Positions 61,008 to 64,000 of a stretch of 64,000 nt of DNA are shown here, one piece after another; the stretch's first letter is position 1; every line of letters begins with the position of its first letter. The translations under genes and the position numbers were made by a program. The notes below the pieces were generated by a model. That model was given only the letters and a program-made list of their open reading frames with translations, had not been told where the DNA came from and made no database searches. This DNA is from Felis catus (taxonomy: Eukaryota), in the NCBI RefSeq assembly GCF_018350175.1, contig NC_058373.1, positions 128,092,001-128,156,000 on the forward strand, read 5' to 3'.

Positions 61008-62670
61008 TTTGCGTGCCTTCTGTATTTTCCTCAGCTCTCACCTTCTCTCTTGGTTAGTATCCCACTCGTATTCCATCGCTGTCCTACCTCAGCTGGGATG
61101 GACTGTCACTGCATGATACAAGAGACCTGTGGTTTGAACAGTATCTCACAAAGTATCTGTGGTTTGAGTAGGAGTCAAGTGATAATTCCCACACAAACAA
61201 AACCTGATAAATGGCAAATGTGAAGCAAGGCTAATGTAGCAAAATAAAACTCCCCTTCTTTCTCCCTTTCATGATCTGAAGCTAGATATGGTTTCACTGC
61301 TACAATTATTCTGCTGGTGGCCGGTATTGTAACACGCCATTATGTATGGTTTCACCTATTTTCTGGCATCATTTACATTTTCTATTATTTTGTCACCTTC
61401 TCATCCTTGGACTAGCATGTCACACACAGAGTGTCAGGACTATAATGCTTCCTTGAAGCTCTTATTTCTAGAGGATGTAGACTGAGACATGTTTGTGTGG
61501 AAATAGGCATGAGCCCATGGGAGACCGACATGACTACGCTTACTAATTGAATGGATGTGTGGGGCGATTGAGAAAGAGAGAGGAGTGCCCAACTTGTTTT
61601 AAATAAAATTTTTATTTAGAACAGTTTATACTTACAGAACAGTTGTGAAGATTGTACAGAAAGTTCTCATATAGTCCTCGTCTAGTTTCCCTTTTCATTA
61701 CCATCTAACATGGGGCGTATGTACAATGAATGAACCAATCTTGGAACATTGTTATTTAACTAAAGTCCAGGTTTTATTCAGATCTCCTTAGTTTTTATTG
61801 AATGTCTTTTTTGTCTTCCAGGATATGATCCAGATACCTCACTGCCTTTCATTGTCTTGTTCCCTTCAGCAGCATCATGGCTGTGACAATTACTCAGACT
61901 GTCTTTGTTGGTGAAGTCCTTGAGAGTTCCGCCCAATTATTTTGTAGAACATTCCTCATTGAGATTTGTATGATGCTTGCTATGATTAGATCAGGATTAT
62001 GTGTTTTGGCAAGGACGATCACAGAATTAAAGTCCATTTTCATCTTATATCAAGAGTCCATACTATCAACATGACTTATGTTGACCTTAATTACTTGGCT
62101 GAAGTAATATTTCTCAGTGTTTTGTGCAGTTAATTTTTTCTATCCCCGCCTCCTTTTTCCCCATCATACTCTGGAAGGAAGTCACTATTTGAAATTCAGA
62201 CTTAAGGAGTGGAGAATTATCATGCTACCCCTGGGGGTAGAGTACCTACTAAAATGTTTGGAATTCTACTGGACAGGAGATTTGTCTCTAATTGACCATT
62301 TATTTAACTATCTAATCACTTACTTGTATCATTAGGAACTCATGGATTTTTTTTTATACTGTGGGTTATAATCTGATACTGTTGTGTCTATTTCCTTGTT
62401 CAGATCACTCCAGCTTTGTAACTGAGAGCTCTTTTAACTGGTTCCTATCCCATATTATATTTTTTTGTTTGAGAACTTCCTTACTTTCAGGCACTGCAAG
62501 ATGCCAAGCTCATCTTGGGTTTCCTGTCCTTGTCCTTAAAAATATCAGCCTTCTTTTGACGAATAGTATTACAAATCAAGATCTGGGAGCTTGACTTGCT
62601 AATTACTGCTGGAGTGTCTTTGCTTCAATGCTCTCTCAGCTGAGAAAGCAAGGAAAAACACATGTACATT

Positions 62671-62673
<3 letters not shown>

Positions 62674-62723
<50 letters not shown>
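62674..62723. repeat. Compound (TA)n(TG)n microsatellite
   Basis: Read directly from the sequence. Confidence 0.97.
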
Positions 62724-62738
62724 TTAAAGTTAAAAATA

Positions 62739-62948
62739 TTTTTAATGTTTATTTATTCTTGAGAGAGACTGAACACAAGTGGAGGAGGGGATAAAACAGC
62801 AAAATCATGCTCTCATGAGAGAGAGAGAGAGACAGAATCTGAAGCAGGTTCAGCACAGAGCCCAATGCAGGGCTTGAACTCAAGAACAGTGAGATCGTGA
62901 CCTGAGCCAAAGTCAGATGCTCAACCACCTGAGCCACCCAGGCATCCC
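62739..62948 (-). mobile_element. CanSINE inside L1MC, with an internal insertion and deletion
   Basis: Ends ctgagccacccaggcatccc; extra sequence at 62791-62816. Confidence 0.92.
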
Positions 62949-64000
62949 TTAAGTTAAATTTCAGTATAAGTGTAAATATCAATATGGAGTCCTTACTGAT
63001 ATTTCCAAATCAATCCATCAACACATGAAATATTTCAACCTTCTCCCCTTGCTTGCCTATAACTCCCACTCCAGCAGTGAGACATTGATTTCTACCACCA
63101 GCAGATGGTACCTAACTAACTTACATCCATTTACTAAATTGTTCAGTTCCAGTATATATGTACATGTTTATATCAGTGTCTGAACTGTTAACCCATACCC
63201 TCATTGGGGAAAATTATCAACTAGAGTATAGCCCTCGTGTACGGTTTCTTTAGCCTTCAGTCTTACAGACACATTTCATTTCCTACGCTAAGGTCAACAC
63301 CTTTCTTCCCTACCTTCTTTGGTGAGGTTGTTGTATACATTTGAAATAAATATAGATTCTATTGTAACATTTCACAATTCATCCTGGTGTTCCTGATTTC
63401 TTAATTTTTTTAAATTTTGCACACATTTTCAACTTTGTAACAACGCTTCGTACTTTAAAGTTCGATGGGTTTTAAAATATACCCGCCATTATAATATTAC
63501 ACAGAATAGTTTTATCATTGCAAATATCTGCTCTGTGTTCCTTTCAAATATCTTTCCATCTCTACAAATGCCTGGCAGTCTCTGATATTTTTACCCTCTC
63601 TATCGTTTTGGCTTTTCCAGAAGGCCATATAATTAAAACCAGATAGTATGCAACCTTTCAGAATAGCTTATTTCAATCAGCAATATGAATTTAAGTTTTA
63701 TGAATGGATTTTATTGGTTTACTTGCTCATTTCTTTTTAGCAGTGAATAGTATTACAATTTATGGATGTACAACAATTTGTGCATACATTCACCTATTGA
63801 AAGACATATTGGTTGCTTCCAGTTTTTGATGATTATGAAGGAAGCTGCTATAAACATACACATACAGGGTATCATGTACACATAAGTGTTCAAATATATT
63901 GGGTAAATATCAAGTAGACTAACTACTGTACTGTATGGTAAAAATATGTCTAGCTTTGTGAGAAACTGTCAAACTGTCTTCCAAAGTAGCAATTTACATT

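Larger units (their letters stand above)
61595..64000 (-). mobile_element. L1MC-like 3' UTR region running off the window end
   Basis: tttagaacagtttatacttacag...taaagtcca...ttcagat; distal cattcacctattgaaagacatattggttgcttccagttttt...gaaactgtcaaactgtcttccaaagt. Confidence 0.88.

Noticed and set aside
423-62982. Supplied six-frame ORFs as protein-coding genes
   Set aside because: All are short, many start at non-ATG codons, and many overlap SINEs (recurrent WVAQSVKRPTSAQVMIS), microsatellites (HTHT, VCVC) or L1/L2/LTR relics. None resembles a cellular protein I recognise.

Overview
This window is mammalian, not microbial: 64 kb of AT-rich, non-coding DNA from a carnivore, most likely a cat-family (Felidae) genome. 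The assignment rests on about 24 tRNA-derived CanSINEs, many of feline type (GGGGCGCCTGGGTGGCTCAG...(CT)n...AATAAA) and a young feline-type L1 3' end. There is one 177-N assembly gap at 32814-32990. I cannot support any protein-coding gene, functional tRNA or rRNA, CRISPR array or CpG island. The supplied ORFs come from SINEs, L1/L2 fragments, microsatellites or chance. The window is a layered repeat landscape. It holds ancient MIR/L2, about 15 solo LTRs (MLT1, MLT2, LTR16, LTR33, MER34-like), DNA transposon relics (MER5, MER20, MER63A, Tigger2a), old L1M pieces, and CanSINEs often nested in older elements with readable target-site duplications (TSDs). Family names are my recognition of consensus features, not database hits, and old-repeat boundaries are approximate. 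I found no convincing new biological system. The best leads lie in unique DNA: a 59-nt hairpin (13095-13153), three exon-shaped segments with good splice signals (possibly a lncRNA), perfect palindromes (44781-44808, 35372-35388), a perfect 55-bp duplication carrying an internal palindrome, and several transcription-factor motif clusters.
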